DNA of 64,000 bases from Chiloscyllium plagiosum. Its lineage: Eukaryota. Both the position numbers and the translations under genes were made by a program. The notes under the pieces are model-generated. The model was not told the DNA's origin and made no database searches. It was given only the letters and a program-made list of their open reading frames with translations. The DNA lies in NCBI RefSeq assembly GCF_004010195.1, contig NC_057720.1, forward strand, positions 31,270,150 through 31,334,149, given 5' to 3'. Below, one piece after another: positions 37,102 through 49,045 of this stretch (its first letter is position 1; each line of letters starts with the position of its first letter).

Positions 37102-39032
37102 CTCCTGTTTATATTATATTATTTTTTGGTTTTTTTTCTTTCTCTTATATTTTCTTTTTTTCCTTACCACCACACTACTGCCTAATTGCAGTAGTGTTTA
37201 TATTTTCCTCAGCACCCATGGTGTGTGTATGTGCGCAGGTGTGATCACAGTGAAAAAGACAATAAGTGTACAAATCTCTATTCAATTTCCACCACCAGGG
37301 AGAAAGGAAACATCCAAGTGGCCAGTGACAAGATCACCTGTTTATATTTTTTTACACCTGAGTGGGCAGTGACAAGCAGTGCCCTTCTCTCCGTTTATTT
37401 TTTTGTGTGAACACTCTTGTTTCTTTTTTTTAATTTAACCCCCACATTACCACCTAACCGCGGTAGTGCTTATTTTTTCCCCAGCACCCATGGTGTGTGT
37501 GTATACGTGTGAGACACAGTGAAAGACACAAAGTGCACGAATCTTTATTCAAATTCCACCACCAGGAAGATAGGAAAACAGCCGGGTGGCCAGTGACAAG
37601 ATCTCCTGTTTATATTTTTTTTCCACTCCCTGCGGCACCCACCTCTCCCTGAACAACTCCAGGGTGCACAGCTGCTTATTTTTTTTAAAATAATTTAACC
37701 CCCACACTACCACCTAAGTGCGGTAGTGCTTATTTTTTCCCCAGCACCCATGGTGTGTGTGTGCGCGCAGGTGTGAGACACAGTGAAAGACACAAAGTGC
37801 ACAAATCTTTATTCAAATTCCACCACCAGGAAGATAGGAAAACACCCAGGTGGCCAGTGACAAGATCTCCTGTTTATTTTTTATTTGATTAGTGCTTATT
37901 TTTTCCCTAGCACCCATGGTGTGTGTGTATACGTGTGAGACACAGTGAAAGACACAAAGTGCACAAATCTTTATTCATTCATGGTTTTTTTTTAAGTGAC
38001 AGGAACTCCTGTTTTTTTTAAATATTAACCCCCACACTACCACCTAAGTGTGGTAGTGCTTATTTTTTCCTCAGCACCCATGGTGTGTGTGTGCAGGTGT
38101 GAGACACAGTGAAAGACACAAAGTGCACAAATCTTTATTCAAATTCCACCACCAGGAAGATAGGAAAACACCTGGATGGCCAGTGACAAGATCTCCTGTT
38201 TATTTATTTTTTTATTTTCTCAATTGCCACCACCAGGCAGATAGGAAAACACCCGAGTGGCCAGTGACAAGCAGTGCCCCCCACACCAAAGGGCAATGCC
38301 GTGCAATCAAAACAGTGAAGGGGAGGGCAGGGACCAAATCAAACACTCTTATTTATTTACGTATTTATTTTTTGGAGGGAGAAATGATGCACTCCACATC
38401 TTCTGGTTATTTTTTTTTCCCCAGCACCCATGGTGTGTGCGCGCAGGTGTGAGACACAGCGAAAGACAGTGCACGAATCTCCACTCAAATTCCACCACCA
38501 GGAAGACAGAAAAACACCCGAGTGGCCAGTGACAAACACTGCCCCCCACATGAAAGGGCAGTGCTGTGTGATCAAAACAGTGAAGGGGAGGGTAGGGACC
38601 AAATCAAAATAGAGTTGGAGGGAGAAACGATGCACTCCACTCCCAGCGGCACCCACCTCTCCCTGAACAAGTCCAGGGTGCCGTCGGACACCGCGTGCTC
38701 CCCCCCACAAGGACACCCCGGCCCCAACGCAGCTCCTGTTTATATTTTTTTTTTTAGGAAGATAGGAAAACACCCGGGTGGCCAGTGACAAACACTGCCC
38801 TTCACATCAAAGAGCAGTGCTGTGTGATCAAAACAGTGAAGGGGAGGGTAGGGACTGCTCCTGTTTATTTTTTTTTTTTGTTTATTTTTTTTTTTTTCTT
38901 TTCTTTTTTAGAAATAATGCACTCCACTCCCTGCGGCGCCTCCCTCTCCCTGAACAACTCCAGGGTGTTGGTGGACACCGCGTGCTCCTTCTCCAAGGAC
39001 ACCCGGGCTCTAACGTAAGCTCCTGTTTATAT
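37102..39032 (-). repeat. Tandem array of 14 poly(A)-tailed inserts, mostly Tx1-like 3' fragments, separated by 15 copies of the LTR TATA target motif
   Basis: Target ctcctgtttat(at)+T-tract or degenerate versions start at about 37102, 37335, 37389, 37414, 37603, 37669, 37867, 37978, 38006, 38193, 38346, 38400, 38733, 38858 and 39020. Inserts include YVRARVSLEKEHAVSTNTLELFREREAPQGVECIIS (39017-38910, minus), which resembles a Tx1-type ORF2 C-terminus. Confidence 0.85.
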
Positions 39033-39123
39033 CTGTCAGCCAGGGCTCTCCTGATTGGCCCAGGTTAACAACCCCAATCAAGAACCTCATAGTTAATGAA
39101 GCCAACATGCTTCCAATTTCTAT
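39020..39123 (-). mobile_element. 5' half (U3 + TATA) of the second invaded Gypsy LTR
   Basis: ctcctgtttatatctgtcagccagggctctcctgattggcccaggttaacaaccccaatca matches 34968-35025 and the reverse of 63035-63092. Two CCAAT-type boxes. Confidence 0.85.
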
Positions 39124-39599
39124 TCAGGTAAAGTAGGGAATTCTGTTTTTTTTAAAAAAAAAAATCTTCAAATTATGAATCCAAGAAGAAGAGTTAATCT
39201 TGATTTCCAGGGGTTATCCCAAACAGGCATACACTACCTGAAGAAGCATTTTCATAATTCATCAAAAGTCAACTTATCATTAATTCTATATCATATGAAA
39301 ATAATTACATGTTAACATTGATTATCCAGTGGAGGTACACAGCCATCATTTTTTACATCGCATAGTCACTGGTATGTGCCCTGTCGATAAAATGTCAGCA
39401 ATGATATTTTCTTTTCAGGCACATGAACAATGTTCAAATTATAGTTTGGAGAATTCAAATGGTCATAATGTTGTCTCAAAACATTTCTACCAAAATAAAA
39501 AAGGTTTGTGGTCCTCATAAATAACAGTTTTGTCCATATTATTGGTGATGAGTATTTCAAAATGATGTGGAGCCAGCGTAAGACTCAATGTCTGTTTTA

Positions 39600-40760
39600 C
39601 AACAGTTGAATATTTTTAGTGACAGGAAGTTTCTTCAAAAGAACTGACAGTTCAACCTCACCTTTGCCTCTTGCAGTAAAACAGCTCACAGACCAGTGTC
39701 ACTGATATTAACAGCCAGTTTAAATGACTTTTCATAATTTGGCATGGCTAAAGTTTTCATGTTTTCAGTCCAGTTTTTCAAATTTGCAAAGGCAACTTGA
39801 CATTCATGTCCATGCAAATTTTCTGCCTTTTTCAACAAGTTTGTTATGAGTGCAATGACAGTTTTGTAATTTGGAACAAAACTGTAATAGAATCCATTCA
39901 AAGTGCACACCATAAAATTTCACATTTCATCTTAGGCACAGGAAAATCCAAAGTAGCTGCCAAATGTTCTACTTGGCTTTCTCTCACAGCACGCCAAATT
40001 CACTCTGCCAAATTTATCATCAAATCGGCTTCTTGTACCTAATCAAACAATTTAGTCAAAGGATATACATTCCCAGATTTGCCTAGAAACTACCAGATAT
40101 TGACTACACAGTTAACCAGTCCATCAACTTCTTTATTGGTTTACATTGAAACATTGCTAGTGCATTTTCCATTCCAAATGGCATGTCTTTGCATTCATTA
40201 AATCCATCCAGTGTTAAAAAAGCTTATATTCCTTTAGTTCTCCCAGCTCAAGGGATTTGCTAATACCCTGTTAGCAAGTCTTTGTTTTGCCAAGTAGGGC
40301 ATGTCCTATTCATTTGATACATTCTCCTAGTTTGAATCAGGATTAAAGTTCATTTTCATTACCACGTTGACTTCACAAAAATCATTGTAGAATGGTTTTA
40401 ACTCCATCACAAAAGCTGACCTCCAGCTTTTGGGCTCAATTCAATTATCCATCATGAACTTAATTTCTTTCTAAATTAAAATCCATTTATTTTCTCCTGA
40501 CCTATACTCACCAATTAATTTATAATCTTATAATAACCTTTAAAAGTCACCCTGAAATTTTTCTGAAAGATAAGGCAAGATGCTATCCAATCTTTTAAAG
40601 ACCTCTACATGTTCCAATTGTTCGAAAGTTAACATTTGAATTTTGCATATCACATTCATTCCCCCACTCTGATGTTTCTATTTCACTTCTTACTTCCTTC
40701 ACTAAAAGTAAGCACATTTTTCTCATGACTATTGTCCCTAAAATGAGATCTTTTCAAATG
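39600..40760 (-). pseudogene. Decayed Gypsy pol fragment (RT-RNase H), a different family from 41.6-46.4 kb
   Basis: GFYYSFVPNYKTVIALITNLLKK...CQVAFANLK...LAMPNYEKSFKLAVNISDTGL. Upstream remnants of CLDFRKI and VMPFGMENA. Confidence 0.75.
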
Positions 40761-41072
40761 TTAACATGACACAATTTCCTTATCTGCATTGGAGTACTCA
40801 CTCAGGAGATGTGCTTTATTACAGCTCTGCAACATTCACCTTGGGGTCACTTCTGATACCATGATTTGTATGTACAAATGCAGCACTGAACAATATGGAG
40901 TTATTGAAGTGAACTCAAGATGTCTGATGACAATATTTGTGCTTCATTGTAAACTCATACAACAGACTAGGAAGAACATTGTTTAGATTGAGATATAATC
41001 AAGTACCAAAAACTTCACCTGGTCACTTTTCTTTTTACCTTTAAGACACTCCTTAAAATTTGAATGTCAGTC

Positions 41073-41505
41073 CTGGCTCAGTAGATAAAACTGTCATGTC
41101 TAAGCATCAAAGTTTCACCTAATTATGCTTCAGTGCCTGAGCACAAAAATCAAGCTGACGCTTTATTGCAGTGTCAATGGAATGCTGCCTTGACAGAGGT
41201 GCGATTATGCAGATGAGATGCTAAATAGAGTCCTCATTTGTCTGCTGAGCTAGGTATAAAAAAATTGCAATAACTATTTAAAAGAAAACGCAAGACAGCT
41301 ATCACTGAGTAGCCAATATTTATGTAAATCAGTACCACAGACAGATCTTCTGGTCATTATCACATTGCTGCTTTGTCAAAGTTTTGCTGTGTGCATAATG
41401 ATAGTTGTATTCATAAATTGCAAAGGGACTAGATTTTGGAAGTACTTAATTGGCTGTAAAGTGCTTTCTGACATCCAATGGTCATAGATAATTCTTGTCT
41501 TCATT
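41073..41505 (+). mobile_element. DeuSINE (SacSINE1/AmnSINE1-like), old
   Basis: tgagcacaaaaatcaagctgac...gaggtgc...gatgagatgctaaa...ggtcattatcacattgctg...aagtacttaattggctgtaaagtgcttt resembles the Deu-domain SINE layout. Confidence 0.7.
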
Positions 41506-42085
41506 TTTTCCCCTTTATAACTGATGCTTTAGTTGCCCTACCTTAACACCTTCTTCTTTGACTCAATGACAATTTTTGTCTGACTATACCTCTGGAGGTA
41601 TAGCATCTACAGGTATTTTCCAACATTGAAAGTGTGAAGCCTGACAGGTCAGTTCACCTTTGTGGGGATTTTAAACAAACAATAACCTGCATTTTGCAGG
41701 TGGATAAATACCCAATCCCTCGCATAGAGGATTTATACGCAAAGCTGGAAAGGAGCTGTCCTTCATGAAGCTCGACGTGAACCACGCGTGTTTGCTACTG
41801 CGGTTAGATGAGGATTCCCAAAGTATGCAACAATGAATACCCATAAATGTTTGTGCCAACATATGAGACTGCCATGTGGGGTATTGTCTGTCTTTGCAAT
41901 TTTTCAGTGGATGATGGAGAATATTTTACAAGGTCTACCCCAGATCACCATTTATCTGGATGATGTGCTAATACTAGGGAAGACCAATAAGGAGCACTTA
42001 GAGAACTTAGACATAGTCCTTTGATGTTTCTCCCAGTTGGGTATATGCCTTAGAAGGGAAGAAAGTGTGTTCCAGGCACCCCAAG

Positions 42086-42362
42086 GTGAGGGGAAAGATA
42101 TAACAGAGACCCAAGGGGCAACTTTTTCCACAGAGAGGGTGGTACGTGTATGGATTGAGCTGCCAGAGGAAATAGTAGAAGCTAACATAATTGCAACATT
42201 TAAAAGGCATCTGAATGGGTAATATGAATAGGAAGTGTTTGGGGGGATATGAGGCAAGTGCTAGCACGTGGGACTAGATTAGGTTGGGATATCTGGTTGG
42301 CATGGATGAGTTGGACTGAAGGGTCTGTTTCTGTGCTGTACATCTCTATGACTCTGACTCTA
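42086..42362 (+). mobile_element. CR1 3' end inserted in Gypsy RT
   Basis: FSTERVVRVWIELPEEIVEA and ctctatgactctgactct tail. Gypsy sequence resumes at VTYLGY. Confidence 0.9.
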
Positions 42363-43231
42363 AGTAACCTACTTGGGCTACAGAGTCGACAAGACCCAAT
42401 TACACTCATTGGAAGATAGAGAATCAAGGTGCCCTGGCTCTCACTTCTGTACCAGAGTTTAGGTGTTTCCTTGGGCTGGTGAATTATTACAGAAAGTTCA
42501 TACATAACCTGGCATCCATCCTGGCATCTTTGCATCAATTCTCACAAAAGGGTCAGCCCTGGAAATGGTCATGTAGTCAAGCCATAGCTTTTAGGAAAGT
42601 GAAGCTGTTGGTACACTAAGATCCCAAATGAGATCTGGTATTAAACTGCAATGTTTCCCCATATGACATTGGGGTAGTATTAGCTCCTAGGTGGCCCAGA
42701 GAGGAATGCCCAATAGCGTATGTATCCAGGACTTTGGCTAATGCAGAGCGTAGACACGTCCAGATAGAGAAGGAAGTTTGGCAGTCATATTTTGAGTCAG
42801 GAAGTTCCACCAATACCTTTACTGATGCAAATTTGTAATAATATCAAATGATAAACTCCTTTTAGGTCTACTTAAAGAGGACAAGGCAGTGCTTCAGGCC
42901 AAATTCAGCAGTGGGTTCTAACACAAAGTGCATATAATTCCATGTTGGAAGGGTGACCAAATAGTGATGTCGATGCATTGAGCCACCTCCTGCTGGCAGA
43001 TACACCATGGGTGTACCACCACAGAGAGATGATAATAGTTTGAAATTTGCTGGACACACTTCCAATCACACCTGACAATGTCAGACTTGGACACAGAAAG
43101 GTCCAGTCCTGGCAAAACTGAAATAGCTGGCGGTGATGGGGGAACCCAAAAGGCCATCACAACCAGACTGAAACAATTCTGGACCCATAGAAGTCAGATC
43201 ATAGTAGAAGATGGCATATTATTGCAAGGAA

Positions 43232-45033
43232 CCACAGACAGGTGAGGTGCTAGAAGACTGGAGGTTGGCTAATGTGGTACCACTGTTTAAGAAAGGTGGT
43301 AAGGACAAAGCAGGGAACTATAGACCAGTGAGTGACATCGGTGGTGGGCAAGTTGTTGGAGGGAATCCTGAGGGACAGGATGTACATGTATTTGGAAAGG
43401 CAAGGACTGATTAGGAATAGTCAACATGGCTTTGTGCGTGGGAAATCATGTCTCACAAACTTGGTTGAGTTTTTTGAACAAGTAACAAAGAAAATTGATG
43501 AGGGCAGAGTGGTAGACGTGCTTAATATGGACTTCTGTAAGGCGTTCGGCAAGGTTCCCCATGGGAGACTGGTTAGCAAGGTTAGATCTCATGGAATACA
43601 GAGAGAACTAGTCATTTGGATACAGAACTGGCTCAAAGGTAGAAGACAGAAGGTGGTGGTGGTGGGTTGTTTTTCAGACTGGAGGCCTGTGACCAGTTGA
43701 GTGCCACAAGGATCGGCACTGGATCCACTACTTTTCATCATGTATATTAATGATTTGGATGTGAGCATAAGAGCTATAATTAGTAAGTTTGCAGATGACA
43801 CCAAAATTGGAGGTGTAGTGGACAGCGAAGAGGGTTACCTCAGATTACAACAGGATCTTGATCAAATGAGCCAATGGGCTAAGGAGTGGCACATGGAGTT
43901 TAGATAAATGTGAGGTGCTGCATTTTGGGAAAGCAAATCAGAGCAGGACTTATACACTTAATGGTAAGGTCCTAGGGAGTGTTACTGAACAAAGAGACCA
44001 TGGAGTGCAGGTTCATAGCTCCTTGAAAGTGGAGTCACAGGTGGATAGGATAGTGAAGGCGGCGTTTGGTATACTTTCTTTTATTGGTCAGAGTACTGAG
44101 TCCAGGAGTTGGGAGATCATGTTGCGGCTGTATAGGTCACTGGTTAGGCCACTGTTGGAATATTGCATGCAATTCTGGTCCATCCTATCAGAAATATGTT
44201 GTGAAACCTGAAAGGGATCAGAAATGATTTAAAAGGATGTTGCCAGGGTTGGTGGATTTGAGCTATAGGGAGAGGTTGAATAGGTTAGGGCTGTTTTCCC
44301 TGCAGCGTCGGAGGCTGAGGGGTGACCTTATAGAGGTGTATAAAATCATGAGGGGCATGGATAGGATAAATATGCAAAGTCTCTTCCCTGAGTGGGGGAA
44401 TCCAGAACTAGAGGGCATAGGTTCAGGGTGAGAGGGGAATGATATAAAAGGGGCAACCTTTTTCACACAGAGGGTGGTACATGTATGGAATGAGCTGCCA
44501 GAGGAAGCGGTGGAGGCTAGTACAATTGCAATATTTAAAAGGCCTCCGAATATCGGACTATGAATGTATGAGTATATAGAACATAGAACATAGAAAAATA
44601 CAGCGCAGTACAGGCCCTTTGGCCCTCGATGTTGCGCTGATCCAAGCCCACCTAACCTACACTAGTCCACTATCCTCCATATGCCTATCCAATGCCCATT
44701 TAAATGCCCATAAAGAGGGAGAGTCCACCACTGCTACTGGCAGGGCATTCCATGAACTCACAACTCGCTGAGTAAAGAATCTACCCCTAACATCTGTCCT
44801 ATACCTACCACCCCTTAATTTAAAGCTATGCCCCCTCGTAATAGCTGACTCCATACGTGGAAAAAGGTTCTCATGGTCAATCCTATCTAAACCCCTAATC
44901 ATCTTGTAAAAGGGTTTGGAGGGATATGGGCCAGGTGCTGGCAGGTGGGACTAGATTGGGTTGGGATATTTTGTCAGCATGGACAAATTGGACCGAAATG
45001 TCTGTTGCCATGCTGTACATCTCTATGACTCTA
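43232..45033 (+). mobile_element. CR1 ORF2 RT to 3' tail inserted in Gypsy pol, with an inverted CR1 3' end nested at about 44575-44909
   Basis: DWRLANVVPLFKKGGKDKAGNYRPVS, SQHGFVRGKSCLTNLVEFFE, PQGSALDPLLF, ISKFADDTKIGG. The nested copy begins (atagaac)n. Confidence 0.95.
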
Positions 45034-46191
45034 TGTTGGCAAGACATTGTCTGTTGGCCAGGATTAGATATAGACATAATCACGTTGGTGGGGCATTTCC
45101 CAGAGTGTTAACAAGAACAAAGATTACCACCAGAAGTTCCCCCACATTCAAGGGAATGGCCGGGTAAACTCTTGACTCGGTTACACATCCACTATGCAAG
45201 TCCTTTCATGGGCTCAATGTTCTTAGTCATTGTGGATGCCCACTCAAAGTGGCTGGACATGTATCAAGTTCATTTGTCAAACACAGGGACGATGATAGAA
45301 AAGCTGTGCATATCTTTTGCAATACACAGCCTCCAAGAAGTGTTGGTCACAGATAATAAGCCACTGTTTATCCACAGGGAATTTGAGTATTTACTAAAGT
45401 TGAATGGCATTAACATATAAGGACAGCTCCATTAACATCCTTCATCCGATGGCCTGGCAGAAAGAGCAGTGCAAACATTGAAGGTAGGCCTAAAGAAATA
45501 GCTTACAGCTTCACTAGATAAGTTGTCCCTGTTTGATTATAGGACCACCCATCATACAACTATAGACAACTCCAACAGAGGTTAATGTGGAGAAGACTCC
45601 ACACCAGGTTAAATCTGAGTTTCCTTGGCCTGGCGAGGGAATAATGAAAACAGCATTAGGAATGTCAATGCCAGATACATGGTTCTGCTAAGCAAGAGAG
45701 AGAGTTTACTTAAGGCTATGACATTTAATGTAGGAACCATGGGACATTTAGTGTAGGAGCCTTGTATGGCTAAGACACATGGTCAATGCAAGGTCAGGTC
45801 CAGAGACATATAACATTCAGGTAGGTGCAGCTGTCCTGAACAAGCACATGGACCACATGAAAGCTGCAAACTCGTAAATGGTGTGAGATTAAGACATGCC
45901 TGGCTCTCCGACACTTCCAAAACCCATGGGTTCTCCCTCTCTGTCAAGCGTTGAAGATACCTCAGAATCTGAAATGGACACGGCGGATGTTGCTGACTTA
46001 CCACCTTTGCTGCCTGAAGAAAAGAATGAATTTCTTCTGAGATACTCCGAGTGCAAGAGGCAAGCTACTGTGCGTTACATGTCACCTGCATCAGAGGCAG
46101 AGTTGGAAGAACCTGACCCAAAGCTAAAACACTCCAGGAGGAGCTGCATAAAAAGAATCAGCCTACGTCCTCGGACTCAGAGGGGGCAGGA

Positions 46192-46412
46192 TGTAATGAT
46201 TGTAACAAGGTCAGCCAGGTGGATCTCATTGAATAGGAATTCCCTGATTCGACCAGATTAACAGTCCCAATCAGGAAGTTGATTGAGAAGAACAGGAGTG
46301 TCAGACATCCTGTTCACTGGCTCTGAGGGAGGTGGATCAGTGCCAAGTACTCTCCACCTGTAAATAAAAGGTGAATTAGTGACAGGATACTGGCCTCTGT
46401 GGAGTTATTTCA
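46192..46412 (+). repeat. 3' LTR of the Gypsy element
   Basis: TG...CA termini, preceded by a PPT, with AATAAA near 46363. The TATA position reads gagaagaacaggag. Confidence 0.9.
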
Positions 46413-46869
46413 GAAAATACTATAAACTCTTTTTGTTGTTGAGAGCTCATTTTCCTTTTGATCTTCCTTTAGGGTCTCCATTTATTGTTAACTTGGGAAT
46501 AGAGACAGCGCAAGACCTGTTCTCTTGCTCTATAGCCTTTCCTGGAAAAGAGTAAAACTGTTATATATTTTACATATCCTTAACAGATGTTCTTCAATCA
46601 TGTGCCCCAAAGGCTTTCTTAGCATTATAGGGTGTGGTCTTAAAGGCAAGCCACTCTGAGCAAGGAAGACTAGCCAAAAGCTTTCTTTTGTTTAACTATG
46701 TTGTGCTATGTGGTCAAGTTCATTTCTTTTCCCAATTGTATACATTGCAGCTGGGTTATTGTTTTCTTTAATCACAGATGCAAAGATGGTTTTTTTAAAA
46801 AAAAAAGCTTTCAACTTCAAGAACACTAATCTCAACATCTTTAGAAAATGACTGATTGTAAAGGGACAA

Positions 46870-47000
46870 GGCAAAAGTGAGGACTGCAGATGCTGGAGAT
46901 CAGAGTCTAGATTAGAGCGGTGCTGGAAAAGCACAACAGGTCAGGCAGCATCGGAGGAGCAGGAAAATTGACGTTTCGGGCAAAAGCCTTTCATCAGGAA
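46870..47000 (-). mobile_element. PLE terminal-repeat insert
   Basis: Reverse of ttcctgatgaaaggcttttgcccgaaacgtc...gcatctgcagtcctcac. aagggac on both flanks. Confidence 0.8.
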
Positions 47001-47129
47001 AGGGACCAGTTTACAGCTGTATGAAAAATGGAAGAGGTTTTTGAAATTCTGCTTTTACAAACATTAAGCCAAATTATTAACATTTTAGAATGAAGGCAAG
47101 GTATTGCAAATACTGAAAAGCTGAAATTT

Positions 47130-49045
47130 GAAAAATTTCAAAGCGAAGTCAAGCAGAATCACAGGCAACAGTACATCAATACTCAACAAGCTCAATGCTG
47201 ACTTTGAACAGAAGGTCAGTGAAACGATGTCACCTATCCCAGCGGCCTCAGATGCACCTGTACCTACAGTCACTGCTGCAGACATCAGATCAACCTTCTT
47301 GAGGGTGACCCCATGGGAAGTAACTGGCCCAGCCATGCACTGAAATACTGCGCGAACCAGTTGGCGGGAATACTCATAGACACAATCTGAAGTCCCCACC
47401 TGCTTCAAGAAGAGCACCATCATCCCAGTACCAAAGAAAAATCCTGCAGAATGTCTCACCCTGTCACTCTGAACACCACAATTAGGAAGTGCTTCAAGAG
47501 GTTAGTCATGGCTGACATCAACTCCAGCCTACCAAACTGCCTTGATCCTTTGCAATTCTCCCACTGATGGAACAGATCCCACAGCAGGTGCCATCTCCCT
47601 AGCCCTACACTCATCCCTGGAACATCTGGACAACGAGGATACCTAGGTCACGCTCCTACATATTGACAATAGTTCTGCCTTCAACAACATAATTCTAAAC
47701 AAGCTCCTCACCAAACTCTGAGACCTAGGTCTCAGCTCCCACCTTATAACTAGATCTTTGACTTCCTGACCCATAGACCTTAATCAGTAAGAATAGGCAA
47801 CAAATCCTCCACCACCATAATCCTGAACACCAGTGCCCCTCAAGGCTGCATACTTAGCCCTGTGCTATACACCTTATACACTCATGACTGTGTGGTCAAA
47901 TTCCACCCAATTCCATTTTATAAGTTTGCTTACAACACCATCATTGTAGATTGGATCTCAAACAATGAGTCAAAATACAAGAAAGAGTTTGAGTGCTTAA
48001 CAACATTGTATAAAAACTCTCCATCAATTTCAGCAAAATGAAGGAGCTGGTCATTGACTTCAGGAAGCAGAGTGGAGAGCATGTCTTTTTTTTAAAGATT
48101 ACTTTACAGTGTGGAAACAGGCCCTTCAGCCCAACAAGTCCACACCGACCCACCGAAGCGCAAACCACTCATACCCCTACATTTACCCCTTACCTAACAC
48201 TACGGACAATTTACCATGGCCAATTCACCTGACCTGCACATCTTTTGGACCGTGGGAGGAAACCGGAGCACCCGGAGGAAACCCATGCAGACACGAGGAG
48301 AATGTGCAAACTCCACACAGTCAGTCACCTGAGGCGGGAATTGAATCCAGGTCTCTGGCGCTGTGAGGCAGCAGTGCTAACCACTGTGCCACCGTGCCGC
48401 CCACTGCTGTCTGCTTTCATGGTACTGAGGTGGAGATGGTTGAGCGTGTCAAATTCCTGGGAGTGATGATCACCAATTATCTATCATGGTCGAACCACGT
48501 CAACACTACAGTCAAGAAAGCACAACATTGCCTCTACTTCCTCAGGATGCTAAGGAAATTTGGCATTTCTACAGGACTCTTACTAATTTTTATAGGTGCA
48601 CCATCCTATCTGGATGCATCACAGTGTGATATGTCAAGTGCTCTTCCCAATGCAGCAGAAACTACCGAGAGTCATGAATACAGCCCAGTCCATCATGCAA
48701 ATCAGCCTTCCATTCCCTGACTCCATCTATACTTCCTGCTGCATCAGGAAAGCAACCAACCCAATCAAAGACCCCTCCCACCCTGGTTATACACTATTCT
48801 GTCCGGCAGAAGAAATAAATAAATGTATGAATAGATTCAAGAACGGCCTCTTCCCTGCTGTTATCAGACGTTTGCTCAGACCTCTCAATTGTTAATTCTG
48901 ATCTCTCTCTCTCTGTACCTTTTCTGCAGCTATAACACTGTATTCTGCACTCTGCTCTGCTACACTGATGCACTCTGTGTGTGGTACAATCTGACTGTAT
49001 AGCATGCAAAACAACACTGTTCATCGTATGTCAGTACAGGTGACA
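47130..49045 (+). mobile_element. Rex1/Babar-like LINE, decayed, interrupted by a SINE
   Basis: CFKKSTIIPVPKK, GAPQGC-like ccctcaaggctgc, MKELVIDFRK, VERVKFLGV...KKAQHCLYFLRMLRKFG, IKDPSHPG. Confidence 0.9.
48085..48402 (-). mobile_element. HE1/V-SINE-like SINE
   Basis: Reverse of the 18053 SINE, ending gtgctaaccactgtgccaccgtgccgccc. Confidence 0.92.

Larger units (their letters stand above)
41626..46412 (+). mobile_element. Decayed Gypsy LTR retrotransposon (RT, RNase H, integrase, PPT, 3' LTR), interrupted by CR1 copies
   Basis: LCGDFK, DKYPIPRIEDLYAKL, AIFQWMMENILQGLPQITIYLDDVLI, VTYLGYRVD, RLHIHYASPFMGSMFLVIVDAHSKWLD. Purine tract agagggggcagga just before TGTAAT. Confidence 0.92.

Noticed and set aside
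37102..39032. CRISPR array or simple satellite interpretation of the repeat-spacer pattern
   Set aside because: The context is eukaryotic with no cas genes. Spacer lengths vary about 30-fold, spacers are overlapping pieces of one retroelement, and each has a poly(A) tail.
32512..39123. The two invaded LTRs as the paired LTRs of one provirus
   Set aside because: The visible sequence between them is Rex1 and unrelated DNA, not Gypsy internal sequence, and no shared TSD is evident. The gap prevents complete exclusion.
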